Assembly (NCBI GenBank): GCA_051362555.1
Contig: CM120641.1
Span: 17,546,001-17,610,000, forward strand
Direction of reading: 5' to 3'
DNA: 64,000 nt
Source of the DNA: Lingula anatina
Lineage: Eukaryota > Animalia > Brachiopoda
Below the pieces are notes generated by a model. The model had not been told where the DNA came from, ran no database searches, and was given only the letters and a program-made list of their open reading frames with translations. This document shows, in pieces, positions 1 through 14,060 of the stretch. How positions within the stretch are numbered: position 1 is the stretch's first letter; the number at the start of each line of letters is the position of its first letter. The position numbers were made by a program, and so were the translations under genes.

Positions 1-827
1 TAATTGCAACGGTAAGCTGAAACGAGACGTTAAAAAACAACACCCGTTTTCCGTAGAAGTGAAGATGAGCACGAATGATAACTTAAGAGTATTACCAGGT
101 ATTAGTTCGTTTCTTAGAAAAGCTCTTAGCCATCCAAGTGTATGAGATCTTTGGAAGCCGACAAAGCCCAGAGCTCAAAGGCAATGACACAGTGAAATAA
201 TCGTACTGGGAGAAAGGGATAAGGTACATTGCATTGAAAATAATTATTAATATATTTTTCTTCATTGGAGCGCTGGTGATTGATTACTTTGAAACAGTAA
301 AACGGCGAATGTACGTGTTTCTAAAACGCATTGGGGGTAATGAGTTGCGGCTACGCTATGCCATAAAATGCTCCTTTGTATCCAAGTGAGAGCAAATAGA
401 GTCAAAGTTTATAGCAAAAGGGCATTTTGATGCGCATCTGCGAAGCATTTCAGCACCATTTTTGGGTACATGCCACACATACATCTCCAAATCTATCAAA
501 CATTACTGTTTGAATTTGAATTAATATTTAATTGGGAAACGGGAATTTCGCATGGTTATTGCTAAAAATATGGCCTATGCGATAGCGGATAGTAATAGCA
601 GATAAGGTGAAGTTTCCTTTCCACGTTTTTTTTCCCCAAACTACGATCTGTTGACAACTGACAGATGTTAGCAATACCTTAGGGCAGTGGGGAGATAGTG
701 GCCGTAGTTTGTATTTGATTATAACTATTAAAAGTATATTTTGAAAGCATTTTCTAGCCTTCAGCAATTTCCGTGAAGCTTCGACGTGTGTGACAGGTAT
801 CATATATTTTCAATAACACTACAACAG

Positions 828-918
828 TAGGCCCAGTGGTAACGGGTCTGAGTAACGTCCTTATCTGCCGAACACGACAGAGTGTGTTCGATTCCCACTC
901 AGTCGAGTTTTTTTTTTT
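828..918 (+). mobile_element. tRNA-derived SINE head / tRNA pseudogene remnant
   Basis: A-box-like TAGGCCCAGTGG (828-839), B box GTTCGATTCC (886-895), then a T11 run (908-918). No complete cloverleaf. Confidence 0.5.
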
Positions 919-1075
919 CCTTTTAAAAATTATTATCATGGTTCAATGATTGATGTGACGGGTATCAGCTAGCATGTAATAAAACGACCAGAATACCCCA
1001 TGCGTGAAAGAACCAGCATAATACTTGTACTTAAGATGAAAACGGTTCACTTTGTATCGGCGCTGGCCGCCACAG

Positions 1076-2640
1076 AAAACAAGGCAGCAAAGCTGTCAAA
1101 GTACATATACATAGCGAAGCAAAGAAAAAATGATGCCCAAATTAGGGTTATTTTGTCAATTTTAAAGCAATATTACGTAATGGTGAACAGTATTTTCACC
1201 ACCAATTGAACTATGCACCAAAGGTAACATGGATGTTCCGAAAAAGTAACGAATATAGGCTTCAGGCCCATATGAATTCAACGTCATGCACTGAAAATGC
1301 CAAACTGGTAAAATGAAAAAATTAATATAAATTGCATTACTTAAAAATAAAGCAGGAAATAATGCTGATAGTGCCCGCTAAAGTGTTTTGTCAATTTTGG
1401 TGCATTATGACATAATACCTCACAGCGTAAACAACACTTATTTTTGGTTATGTACAACAGGCCAAAGTGTCACGGACATTCAGAAAATGGAAGTACGACA
1501 GAGCTTCGGATCTAAGAGATTTCAAAGTCATATATAGATATTGCCAAAATGTGAAAAACAAAAATTTAAGCAAATATGCATAACTTCAAGAAAAAAAGTA
1601 ATCCGACTACTTTTCCAACTCAAGCTGCATGTGCTAGTCCTAAGGTCCATTCTCGTAAGTTGGAGGATAGTAACATGGTTTTCATTTCACACTGCTTACA
1701 GTGACAGTGCACAAAATAGTTCATCTGTCATTTTTGGTGCAATATTACACATCTATTTTTCAAGTATTTTACAAGTAACACGGTCATTCAGGGAATGCAA
1801 ATGACATTGGGCTCAGGTCCCATGGGATGTCATCGTCACAGATTGAAAATACGTTAAACATGAATTTTACATAAAATTGCATAACTTTAAGAAAAGGATT
1901 CCAATAAGGCTGATTTTCCAATTCAAGCTGTATTTTTACGCCTTAGAACTATCCTCGTAAGTTTAAGGATAATAACATTTTTTTCTTTTTGTGTTTACAG
2001 GACATGTACAAAATGGGGTTTTCATCATTTTTGATGCAATATTACATATGGCATAATCACCACCAATTTTAAACTAAATTGTCAGAAAATGTAAATCGCA
2101 TAGGACTTTAGGCCCATAGAAGTTCAAAGCCACACCTTCAAAATGCAAATGTTTGAAAAATTATCATTTCACACAAAATTGCATAAATCAAAAAAAAAAC
2201 GAAAAAAACTAATAATAATAAGACTGCTTTTCCACCTTAAGCTGTTTTCAACTCAAATATCATTTTGGATCATTTTGACGATAGAAAATGACACTTTTTT
2301 TCCCTTTTATACTGCTAACAGTGACGATGCAGATAATGCGTTTTTCAATCAATTTTGATGCAAAGTTAAGTAATGCTTAATGGCATAAATTACCACCACC
2401 ACTTTATGTTATGTTTACTACAGATAACATGGATATGCAACTAGCAAATTGCTTCAGGCCCAAGGATGTTCAAAGCCACACCATGAAATTGTCAATATGT
2501 AAAAATTGGAACATTTCCAAAAATAGAAAAAAATGAATAATTTGAAGAGTAATATTTTGATCAGGCTGTATCTTCTAAGCCAAAAATCCATCGGCCTTGT
2601 AAAATTGAAGACAATATGCTAATTGGTTTTCCACCTAATG
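1076..2640 (-). mobile_element. Non-autonomous Helentron-like element, family B, with degenerate ~250-345 bp tandem units
   Basis: Terminus AACAAGGCAGCAAAGCTGTC (hairpin next to CTTGTT end on - strand). Unit anchor TTCAGGCCCA-like at 1261, ~1505, ~1813, ~2107, ~2453. The same family occurs at 42.3-42.55 kb, 54.7-57.2 kb and 63.1 kb. Confidence 0.7.
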
Positions 2641-2832
2641 TGTTATCTGCACCGCATTAACGCTGGAAAAAAGACAGCATAACTTTTGGAACTGTTTTTT
2701 TTTTTAATTCTAATTGCATTTTACAAATGTGTATGCTACGTTTTGTTATTTTGGAGACAAAAATTAAAAAGGGTTTCCCCTTATCGCGTTATATCCGATA
2801 GTGCACGATGACAACTCCGACAGGTTGTGACA

Positions 2833-3048
2833 ATGGGCTCATTCCCATTGAAATTATCGGTATACGCAGATCGATTGAACTCCACGGGGACTCTCGCTGA
2901 ATGCAATTATTTTAATATATTAACACGCCTTTTCCCGACGTTGATTAGAATGCAGAAAAGCTGGAAACAAATGGAGGATTGTTAATCTGTTAAATCGGTT
3001 AGTATCAATGGGGGTGGGTGGGGGAGGGGGGGTTCGGTTGAGCCCATT
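2833..3048. mobile_element. MITE (GGCTCATTCCCA family)
   Basis: Termini ATGGGCTCA...TGAGCCCAT. Left arm (GATCGATTGAACTCCACGGGGACTCTCGCTGAATGCAAT) is shared with 18.9 kb and 47.6 kb. Confidence 0.55.
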
Positions 3049-4269
3049 ATGTACAGACACGATGAGTCTGTACATAAAAAGAATGCATGTGGCACTTTCA
3101 TTTTGACCTCAACTTGCGAGATTCTTTTTCCCAGACAGTAATTGTTACAAAAATTAAATATACCTTCTCTGGACTGAATGGTAAATACAAATTTTGAAAT
3201 CTAAAAAACTGTTAACCGATAGCTAAGTAAACATTATACTAATAAACGAATAAGCAAATATGAAAATAGCTTCGTAACAAGAAATGGACAAAATAATGCA
3301 TGTATGTAATTTGTGAAAGGTTTTCTGCGCAAATCAAATGTCTACCTACCAGGGTCGTTTAAAAAGGATGTCAATCAAGTTATTGTTGACATGAAATATG
3401 GTGGTTGACTAATGGTATAATGACTAACTTTGCTCTATTTAAAAAACACGCCGTGGTGTAGTTGCTAATACAGCACTCAAACCGTCACGTAGCTTACCTA
3501 AACTCATCAAGTATTGTTTAATGAACTGTCGTAAAGTTGAGTACGCCTAAGTTTAATAGTAAACACAGTGCCAAAGACGCATATGCCGGAATGATATTGT
3601 AAATTAAACGCAAGCGCGCGCACACACACCCACACACACACACACTAAGAACTCCTCTACAGATCTTTGGTTGAGTATTTTCGGGAGTAGTTTATTAACG
3701 TAAAAATAATCACAATTTCATATCAGAAAAGTGTGGTTGTCTTGGTTCAACAAAGATTGATGTATCAAGGGGTCTACCGCTTCGATTCACGTTGATATTC
3801 CCGAAGTAAGGCGATAAAACGGTTGCCAAGCGGTGTGATCTAAAGGTCAACAACAATGATAATTCCTTACGATTTTGAAATCGTCTTGTCTGTTAAACCT
3901 CGGTGCACCTAAGCGCTCTAATGCAATAATTAGAGCAACGAGAGCAATATGAAGCGAAAGATACAATTAACTGGACATCAAAAGAGATGGACCAGGTGAT
4001 TGTTTTGTCTCCCTGGTCTATTAAAGCTCTCTATCATGGATCACTTTCATCAAAATCAATATTATGGCTATCTTCGTTTTACCCTGCGCAATGTCAGTCA
4101 CCAAATTTAGCATTTCGTTGATACATGTACCCGCGACATGTCAAGGGGAATGATTTTTTTTTCAGAGCAATCCAGATGTATAGCCCGGCCAGTTTCTAAA
4201 GAACAAGCAGAACCTACTAGTAATACGCAGAATGCAAACCCGCAACTATTGGCGCCGAGGCTTATACAA

Positions 4270-5208
4270 ACTTGCCGAGATGCGCCCATAGTTACTATTA
4301 AACTTGAATAGAAAATCATATATTGGCAATCTTACTGTGGCCTTGAACTTGACCTCTAACCTACGTGTACTTTTAAGCATGAAATGCACTTTTGAAATTT
4401 CCGACACTTATATCTCCAAAACTGGCAGAGATACACCATAGTTACCATTGAACTTGAATGGAAAGTCATATATTGGCGATGTAACTATGACCTTGTAACT
4501 GACCTTTGACCTGCCCCATGAACTGCACTTTGCAAATTTTCCGACCCTTAGATCTCCAAAACTGGCAGAGATATGCCGAGATATGGCAGAGATAGTTACT
4601 TAAATAGGGACTCATATATTGACAGTCGTCCTGTATCCTTGAATTTCACCTTTGACCTACTTTTCATCGTGAACTGCACTCGGCAAATTTTCCGACCCTC
4701 ATATCCTCAAAACTGAAAGATATACGTCCTACTTACTATTGAACTTGTATATGAAGTCATATATCGGCAATGTTACTATGACCTTTAATTTGACCTTTAA
4801 CCTATTTTTCACCATGAACTGCATTTTGCAAGTTTAGAGATATGCCCATACCTACTACTGAACTTGAATAGGAAGTCATATATTGGTAATCTTACTGTGA
4901 CCTTCAATTTGACCTTTGACCTACTTTTCACCATGAACCACACTTCTCAAATTTTCAAGCTCTTATATTTACCACTGAACTTAGATGGGAAGTCTTATAT
5001 TCACCTTTTACTTTTCCCCAGGATTTTGAAATAAATTGCAATTTTCTACAAAAATATTGGAAACTCTTGCTTATTGTATTTGTAAGAGCTTGCCAAACAC
5101 AACACTGGAGGTGGTGTCCCTTATTTGTTTTCCATATGATTCGAATGCACTTACTACAGCTAGTGGTACAATACCCGGAGGCGGTATCGCCCCTCTGAGC
5201 CTCTAGTT
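4270..5208 (+). mobile_element. Non-autonomous Helentron-like element, family A, with ~120-150 bp tandem units
   Basis: About 5 units (GAGAT..CCCATAGTTACTATTGAACTTGAATAGGAAGTCATAT...TGACCTTTGACC). 3' end GGAGGCGGTATCGCCCTCTGAGCCTCTAGTT (hairpin + CTAGTT). Reverse complement of 63351 onward. Confidence 0.8.
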
Positions 5209-8200
5209 TAACTACGATATTAAACATGAGTAATGTAAGTTACTAATTGCTTTGGTAACTATTTATGATTTAACCACTTTGCATCAAAACAGCTAGGGAC
5301 GGGGTATTCGGTTCGATTCGTGTGTTCTAACCACTCCATTCACAAAGAGAAAGAAAGGGAATGAATCAGTTTTAAATGCAATTAATCTATGTTTATAGAT
5401 GTGCAACGTGCACATTTGTTCCCCACGATCTTGATTTCATATCGAGGACATGTGCGTTAGTTTCATCTTCTTTCATTGGGTTATTGAAACTAAGTAATTT
5501 TCTCCAAAACACGTCATATAATGGATTTATTCGAAAATAGTTTTTTATTGACACATCGATTACAACGTTAGATTAAAACATATGACTATGAAAAAGTGAC
5601 TGTTCGCGTAAGCACTTAGTCCATCATTCACTTAGTAACACTAGAATTAAATAGAAGAATGACAAATTTCCTTTGTTTCCCATTCATTAAAATCTTCATG
5701 ATTTCTGCAGCACACAGACTGAAAATCATCAAATCAAACACTAATGGTATTTTTCGTTGTGGTAACATACTACTACAATGTGGGAAGCACTTGAATTATC
5801 AGGATTTAACAACGTTAATAATGAGGACTAGCACCAGCCGAAAATATCGATGTATTGTAAGAGTTCTTTGTCATTATGCAGCCGGTCACGTTGGATGTAA
5901 CAAAACTTGACGGGATCAACTACAGGCAGCAGTAATAACAAGGTAAGCAAATCAGAAGCTCGGTGATCAAATGTCAAAGGTCAGACGACCACGGGCAATA
6001 GCCAACTCAGTTCAGCTTTCAAACTACACGCTTTCCTGGTGGCATGTAGCAGAAGAAAATCAACTCACGATAGACGAGCCTCATGACGTGACAGACTACT
6101 TACATGCCCTGCCTTCCTAGGGGTGCCGCCGACCATCTGTATAATTGATAGATTGCCACCCGTAGATATTACAAAAAGCATCAGTCATATTAATAATCTA
6201 ATATAGCATGGAAACACACACACACGGAAGATAAATACCAACTAAAATCTCAAACTCAAATGTGTGTGTATACACGTGTGTGTGTTTACACACAGGTGGG
6301 TAGGGTTATATAACTATCAAACCACAAAGACCTGTTTTTGGTTAACCGTTTAACCATTTAGAACTTTTTACATCATTTTTTCACTTTTTTGATTAGATAA
6401 AATTCATGCGAAAAGGGTAAACTATAAATATACATTCATTATAAACACTAAATTTCGTCAGAGTTGTATGTAATTTGACTTGCCTATTTTAATACACATA
6501 AAATAAGTGCGTTACAAGGATTTGTTTCCGTACGCCCCGAGTTATTAAATTCAGCATATGAAAAGTCATTAACTGCCCGGTCCCCACTACCCATCCAATT
6601 ACGGAACTCCAGCCGATACATTCAGAAAAAATCTATAAGGATTAGAAATGAACAACTGCAATTCTTAATAGAAATCTTCCAAAAACGAATGGACACTTTG
6701 ACCACAACGATTACCAACTATTCCACCTCGTGCTTGCTTCAGTTGTCACCATCAATCCAATTAAAATGAAAGCACCGTGTTTGATCACACTGGATGAGCT
6801 TGAATAGGTCTTCGCAGAAGATATATGTCTACATGAGCATTTATTACGATCGTAAAACTGCCGTACACTACCTTACTGCAAACATCACCTACAAACTGCC
6901 TTTGAATGCGCAACAATCACTGAAAACTGTCTTCAGTAACCATTGCATCTTAATGCACCTATGTTACCGTGAATAAACCGGATGTTTACCAGAGGCAGTT
7001 ATTTTTCAAAGTTAAGCGTAATAAGAAAACAGTGAACATACATTACCAATCGGGGTCCGTGGTTATAGTTCTGAAAATTAACGTTTTTTTCCTTGTGACA
7101 GCCAGAAAGGTGTGTGCCGTAGAAGTCCTACATTGTCTGTGTCACAAATTACACGGTCGACATTTACCTTGGTTCGCAATACAAATGCACCGTTTATAAC
7201 AAAACCAACGACAGGCCAAGAAGCCAAACCACTGTTCTACAGTCCATCTAGGGCTGGGTCCAACAAACTTAAAAGAACTCAATAAGCATACGCATTCTGA
7301 GGAAACGTCTGTTGCCACCCGTTGCCCACCACTAACTAACACAAGACCGCACTAGAAGCAGCCGCCTATTGGTCGAACATTAATGTGATGCCAGCTGCGA
7401 TTGTCAATCTTTTTGTGACGTGTCTTCGCCTTGTCATTTGTCGAAGATCGTGGGGAATGTCAATGCATCATATAGAAAATTAGCCGAGGAAAATCGACAG
7501 AGGACAGAAAATAGGTTCGGTAAAATAGAATGTAAACGATATGCCCAGTTGCTGTGCCAATTTGCGTATGCGTATTCCTACTTGAAAGACGACACTGGAC
7601 GACAGAATTGCCTATTGAGAACACTTTTGCCCTGCACGTCACGATCCACCACAGACAGTCGTTTTTATCTTTGTAAGCAAACCTATTTTTTACATATTCA
7701 GGAGTTTGCGTCCGTGCAGCATCGCATAATATATTGTCAACACCTGAGCACTTAAATTATATATATATATATATACAGGAGAGACAGCCTGATCTCATAA
7801 TCATTTATGTGGTAAATATATGTCTTACATAAATATGGTAAGCTAACGTTCAACCTCCTTGTAACGTGGCACACACCCTGTATTTCATGCCATGGACAAC
7901 ATAAATTTTGAAATAGCAACCAATCTTATACTGAGAAAAAACGAGCGTGGGCACTGAAAGCTTCGAACAACATGTCCCGAGGTGCCATCGGTATTATCAA
8001 GTATATGGCAAGTGCAGTTGTCTGACAATCTTTAAATTGTCACCTAAAATGGGGTCCTAGCTGTCACTTAACTTGTCAACGCGTGAATGTCGAAGACACC
8101 CCAGTACAAGTTTAGAATATTAACACATATGAGGGAATTAAGAAATCGTCGCTGTGACAAAGTAGTAAGTTTTATGAAATCTGAAAGGTTCTTTCAAGAA

Positions 8201-8949
8201 AAAACGTCATTTTTTCAAAGCCTATGTGTATCATTGCATCATACCTTTGCTCAGGTCTATCATGATTATTCCTTACGTTCTTATAGTTTACGAACACGAA
8301 TAGGTAGGTCCTGCATGAGGTAAAATATGTCTTCACTGCATGTGTCCGCGTATACATGCGGCTTGGCAACACATTACTTTCAAATATTCGGACTATTCAA
8401 ATGATCGAGAAATTGGAGATTATTCACCCTTGGCATTATATACTGCTGGACAGAGAGAAAAATAGATAACCCATGTGAACACAAATTGTCCAAAGCATCA
8501 TTGCCCGCTTACTAGCACCTAGCTGCTACTTCAAGAACTGAGAAGAGAAACCGAATGTTAACCAAGGGACGTTCAACTGTTATTATATGCTTATTGAGAT
8601 TCCGGTACCGTAAGTAATGACAATGGATTATTAGTTGTATCTTAGATGATCATGATGATGATGCCTAATTGCCTTTTTCTTCTTGGTGAGTATATTTCTA
8701 AATTATTAAAAGCCTGGCAAAGGAAATTCAGCATTATATAATATAGTCAAATATGTCATATTGTCATTTTCAAGTTCTAATGATCTTTATTCTTACAACT
8801 GAAAGTTTGATTTTACATGCAAGTTATAAAAGAGTGATATAAGTAACTGAAGCACATCATGACATTTCAACATAATCCACTGATTAAACTATTAAATAAA
8901 ACTACTTTTTAAAAATAGATTAATGACATCAGAAAGTTCAATTAATAAA

Positions 8950-9880
8950 ATATTAAATTAATTAGTTTCTTTAAAATAGTTCAACCAACGTTTATAAATT
9001 GAATTTTCTGAGAGCCCATGTGATAAAAGTCTTTGCAGACCTAACAGAACTAAGTTTTGGGATATGAAATCCTGACAGTGTCTCAGGGAATGCAAATGTT
9101 CTTTAACTTCTGGTAATACATGATTCAGTCTATGCTCTTCCATTCACATTCACAAACTTTACAGCATAAATTGTTGCGCCTGCTTTGCAAAGGAACATAT
9201 TTTTTTTTTTTTTTTTTTTTTTGTAATGCCTAAATCTACGAAATGTTTGGATACAGTATTTTAAAAACTGTTTTCTGTACGAATCCGACTTTTATCAATT
9301 CGGCACTTTGTCAGTCCAGATAATGACCAGATTTTGTGAAATCGAACCTTATCTCCTTTGTTTTCTTGGAATTTATGGGCATGTTGTTTTCATGTGACCA
9401 TTGGAAGGTTTGTGTTGCGGCAGATTCCAGAAGAGCTTATGGTGCCAAAAGTAATTAGAGTTGTGTCAACAACACATTTAAAGGCGTCCTTGAACCTGTT
9501 GAGGTCATTGACCATGACCACAAAAAGTACAGCATTAATAGTGAACCATTCTGACTAAGTATTCTGGATTTTCACACATTGCTTCCTCTCTGTGAGGAAG
9601 TCGGTGACCCACCTAATGATGACCTCATGCAGTCCCAAATAATACAGTTTTTGTAATAGTAGTGAATGCTCATTTTGTCAAACGCGTTAGTGTAGTTTTC
9701 TAGTAGCATTCTATCGAGGCAGACAGCTGACTTGGCAACGATATCCATGGCTTCATGCAGTCAAAACAAAAGTTGTGCAACTACCCTTTATGCTGCCAAA
9801 GTGTCTGTGATCAATTTTTCCGAGATACTGTTCCAGATCCATGCCACTACAAAACCCTCTTATAACTTTGACAGAAGTGG
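8950..9880 (-). mobile_element. Decayed CR1/L2-group LINE reverse-transcriptase fragment
   Basis: Manual translation gives RT motifs with stops and frameshifts: IDHRHFGSIKGSCTT; NYTNAFDK; LLLQKLYYLGLHEVIIRWVTDFLTERKQCVKI; LFVVMVNDL...FKCVVDTT (YxDD equivalent); C-terminal HRLNHVLP..HSLR. Confidence 0.75.
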
Positions 9881-10849
9881 CTTTAACGATATGGGTGTTA
9901 TACATGTATATGTTTCTATTGCTTTGGGTAGGGTGCACAAATGAATTTTAAGAATATTATATCCTAACGGTTACTAGTATTTTATACACTAGTGCAGTTA
10001 TATATGTACAAATTATAAGTACAAGCTCGCAAAAACGCCAAAAAAAGTTACATATAAAATTCAGTTCAACAAAGCAGAAAGTGACCAAAAATTGTTGAGC
10101 GACAATTAATAAAAATTTCACCAATTTCATTATGGATTCGGTATGCTTTGGCACATGTGCATGTAGGGGGTTAAAAAAGTAGAGATTAATTTGGACAGAT
10201 AGATGGCGCGAGTGTGCGCATTTTGTGAACAACAGGTTGTTGAATCTAAAATATTTTCTATAGTAAGGACATCAATCTTATCATGACTTGAGAGCAAAAT
10301 GGGTGACAAACACACAAAAATAGAAACGATAGAAAAACAGAAGTCGCTCATTAAGCATTAGTTATTTGTAACATAGCTGCGTTCATAGAACATGCTGAAA
10401 ATAAAAAAGTGAGCTAGACGATATGTGGTAGACGAATGTTATTTTGTATTCTACTTGGATTATCTTTATCTCTTGTAGAGATAAGAAGTGATGGCATACA
10501 CAGCCTGGGTGTTTGGCATTTATGATGAATAGTTACATTTTATACTTATGTGAATAAAACTACCACCAGTACAAGTAAATAGCGCAAATTGATGTTTTAT
10601 GTTGCTTTTTTTACATTCAAGGCCAATCTGTTTATTTTTAACATTGTTTTGTGACTCAACTTGCACGTACGCGTTGTCTAGATCCAGGTAAAAACCGTTA
10701 TGGTATTGTGGATAATCCAATGTTCACGAGCATGATGTCTCTTCTCAGTAAACAATGTTGGGTCCAAGGGAAGCACTGAAAAGACGTTCCACTCATTTAA
10801 GTTTTGAGGTAACCCCTTTCCTCTAGCCCCCCCCCTCCAAAAAAAAAAA

Positions 10850-10961
10850 TAATAATAATAATAATATTTATTTCTTAAAACCGCACTACACTAGCGTCTC
10901 AGTGCTGTTTACAGGTAAAATTATTAGGATTACAACTTATTATATATATAATAAAAGCTAA

Positions 10962-11016
<55 letters not shown>

Positions 11017-11549
11017 AATTAAAATAATTAAAACTTAAAGCCTAATGAACAATGAAACTTTTTTTTTCTGATAAAATGAGAAGATATTAATTGAAATACT
11101 GTGCAAATAAGAATGTTTTTAAATCTTTTTTAAAAACCTCAACACTGTCAATAGTCCGAATGTGTGAGGGTAATTGATTCCATAAAATTGGTGCTGAAAT
11201 TGAAAATGCCCTGTGGCCGTAGGTTTTGGTTGTTTTTTTATTATCATTTCTGATAAAACAAGGAGTGGAGGTGGATCTGGTAGACCTGGTGAGACTGGGT
11301 GTACTTGGATGTAGCATCGAGTTAAAATATGAGGGGCATTCACCTCTAGTGAATTTAAAAACAAACAACAGTAATTTAAAAACAATTCTCTGTCGTACAG
11401 GAAGTCAATGTAGTTCGAATAAAATGGGTGAAATGTTTGATCTGAGAGGGATTTTGGTCAGTAGTCGTGCTGCAGCATTTTGGACAGATTGCAATTTTTC
11501 AATTTGATAGGTAGGAAGACCATACAGTAGACTGTTTCCGTAGTCAAGA
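10850..11549 (-). mobile_element. 5'-truncated L2-clade LINE (ORF2 C-terminus, 3'UTR, (ATT)n tail)
   Basis: [75 protein letters not shown]. Has a 3' stem-loop (GCACT...AGTGC) followed by an (ATT)n tail at ~10850-10865. One Trp-to-TGA stop at 11405-11407. Confidence 0.9.
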
Positions 11550-12459
11550 TGTGAAGTTATAAAAAAAATAGCATAACGAATAAAACGAGATAAAACGAAA
11601 CTCTTTTACTACCCGTGTGTCCTTCATACATGTAATACAGTGAAAATTTCCCCAGCTCATGTTTTGTAATACTTGACCGAAGCAAGGCAAACATATCACG
11701 TGATCCTCCTTTAGCAAAATCCAATAGCTGTCAGTAGTATCTTCGATAATCTCCGATGACAAAGGCCTTGCCTCAGTAGCCAACCAGGTTATATACCCTA
11801 ATATATACATATAGTAATGTATTACTATATAACCTAATATAAGTTTTTCTTTCACCTCCTTAATCATGTTCCAATCTATCACATTTGGCATTAACTGGGA
11901 CTGTGCTGATTAACATATCGATATTGTATGGTTGTCATTGTGCTAAGGTGCCATTTTTACCTGTTGAAATACTTGGGGGTGTTTTTGGACAACAACTCAA
12001 TAAATGGAGTGTAGACATAGCAATCGGAACCTCTTCAGAAAAAGTCGCCAAAATAGGTGTAATTATTGACAAATGTATGCAAAAACAACCCGGTGCCACG
12101 TGTGCAATTTGATTACAGCTTTAAAACCGATGTTAAGTATTCTTATTTATCACTGGGGTTGGTTTGTGATTTGAAGTTATAAGTGATGAAATTCAAATGA
12201 AATGATCACACCGCTCTATAGCTCCCATGCATAGCTTCTACAGGGTGACCCCCAAAGAAGGGAACCCAGTAAAGTTTTAATTAAATCACCCATCAGATTT
12301 CAAGAAATTTGCTGGACATAAACTGCTAGTGCTAAGATCATAATTTCCCACCCAGACTGTTAAATCATTAATTGAGAAGTGAACCCTAAACTAGACAGAC
12401 TTACCAGCCTCTGATCCCACTTTCGAGCGGTGTTCATCGAATTTAGCAAGTTTCCCCTA

Positions 12460-12670
12460 GTGTTTGAACTGTATCGATATGGAGGACGAGTTCCACTTTG
12501 TACTGCGGTGCATTAAGTATGTCGCTCTGAGGAGAAGGTTCATTAGGCAACTGTTATATTGGACCTTCTGTTTTCAAATTAGTTCTCCAGTAAGAAAATA
12601 TTATGCAACCTGGCACGGTACATAAACTAAGGTGGAAGGATTCAGCAGAGGATCTGATCTGATCTGATCT
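12460..12670 (+). mobile_element. LINE 3' fragment with CCHC-type C-terminal motif (RTE-X-like)
   Basis: DMEDEFHFVLRCIKYVALRRRFI...PSVFKL...LCNLARYI followed by (GATCT)4. Confidence 0.65.
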
Positions 12671-13189
12671 TCTATAACCTATTTGATCTTTGTAATGTAA
12701 TCTCCTTTCTCTGATTTCCATGTAAATCTTCTGTATAAGACTGGTGGACAAAAGTAATGTAGTCGCAGGCAGTGAAGTCATCGGATTATCAAATGAACTG
12801 TAAGCATCAGTAAGACGATTTATTTGTTTACGACCGCCCTACCTAGTGTGCTACGTTGTTTTCATATCCAGTTTGTAAGCCTAATGAGGGTATGTATTAT
12901 TTCCTATGCTGGCAGAATCATGTTGTTGACAAAAAAAGCTCTACCGTATTTCATATTTGTCTGGCAACTCCAAAACATTATTCTTAGAAAATAATGGTTG
13001 TATTTTAATATAGTTGTTATAAAGTTCTTTATGTCGGCAGGTGCGTGTCACCGTTACTGCTTCTCCTCCTAGATTACAAGGTCCTGCTTCTCCATCCCTT
13101 GGATTAAGGTCACACATAATCTCAACTTGATCCCCCTTGATTTTGGGCTCTGTCAGTGTATTTGCCCTGGTGTGGGGTCTTTCGCAATG

Positions 13190-14060
13190 CACCCTTGTCC
13201 AAATTTTGGAAAATTAAATGCTAAATACATCCAAACCGAAGAAATTATGACGATAGTTACTTAGGAGGCTGACCAAAAGTCATATGTGGAGATTTCAAAT
13301 AAGTATACCCTTGAATTTGACCTTTGACTTTTATGTTAAGATCAAATGGGCCAAAATTTCGGAAACATTGGAATTTTCTGTGAGAAAATCTTTGTGTCGA
13401 TTTTCAGAAACTAAACAGACCTTATTTTTCATATTATAATGAGGAGTTACTCTTCAGGTTTCTCTTCATCTTCGTGAGTTTGTGTCCAATCGGTAGATTT
13501 TTACGGGAGAAGCAGCTATTAGATCCCGAAAGTGAAAACCCTCTCCAAAGCTGGAACCGTAAATGCTAAAGATATCTTGTTTGTTGCACTTTGTAGAGCT
13601 TGTCAAGCGCAACACTGGAGGTGGTGTCGCTTTTTTTTTAATACGGTTTAGGAGGTGGGCTATATCAAAAAGGACAATGTCACAATGTTCAATGGTGAAA
13701 ATAAAATGTGAAATACTACAAAAGTAGCAGAGGTGCGCCCACAGTTACTATTGAACTTGAATAGTAAGTTATATATTTGAAATCTTACTGGACCTTGAAT
13801 TTGACCTTTGACCTACTTTTCACCATAATATATACACTTTGCAAATTTTTTGCCATCATATCTCCAAAACTGACGGAGATACACCCATAGTTACTATTGA
13901 ACTAGAATAGGAAGTCAAGTACTTGCAATCCGACTGTGACGTAGAATTTTACCTAATCTTCACCATGACCTACCTATCACCATGAACTGAACTTCGCATA
14001 TTTGCCAAGTCCTATTACTCCACAACTAAAAAGATACACCCATAGCTAAATTTCAACTCG
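13190..14060 (+). mobile_element. Family A Helentron-like element, degenerate copy
   Basis: Shares GAGCTTGTCAAGCGCAACACTGGAGGTGGTGTC with ~5087-5118, and has units with CCCA(C/T)AGTTACTATTGAACT(T/A)GAATAG and TTGACCTTTGACCTAC. Confidence 0.7.

Noticed and set aside
7142-7342. Cys-rich 66-aa - strand ORF resembling a defensin or toxin
   Set aside because: Non-ATG start, no signal peptide, and it overlaps a better-supported + strand candidate exon.
12239-12360. TA|CAGGGTG Tc1/mariner-like TIR start
   Set aside because: No matching opposite TIR nearby; fragment only.
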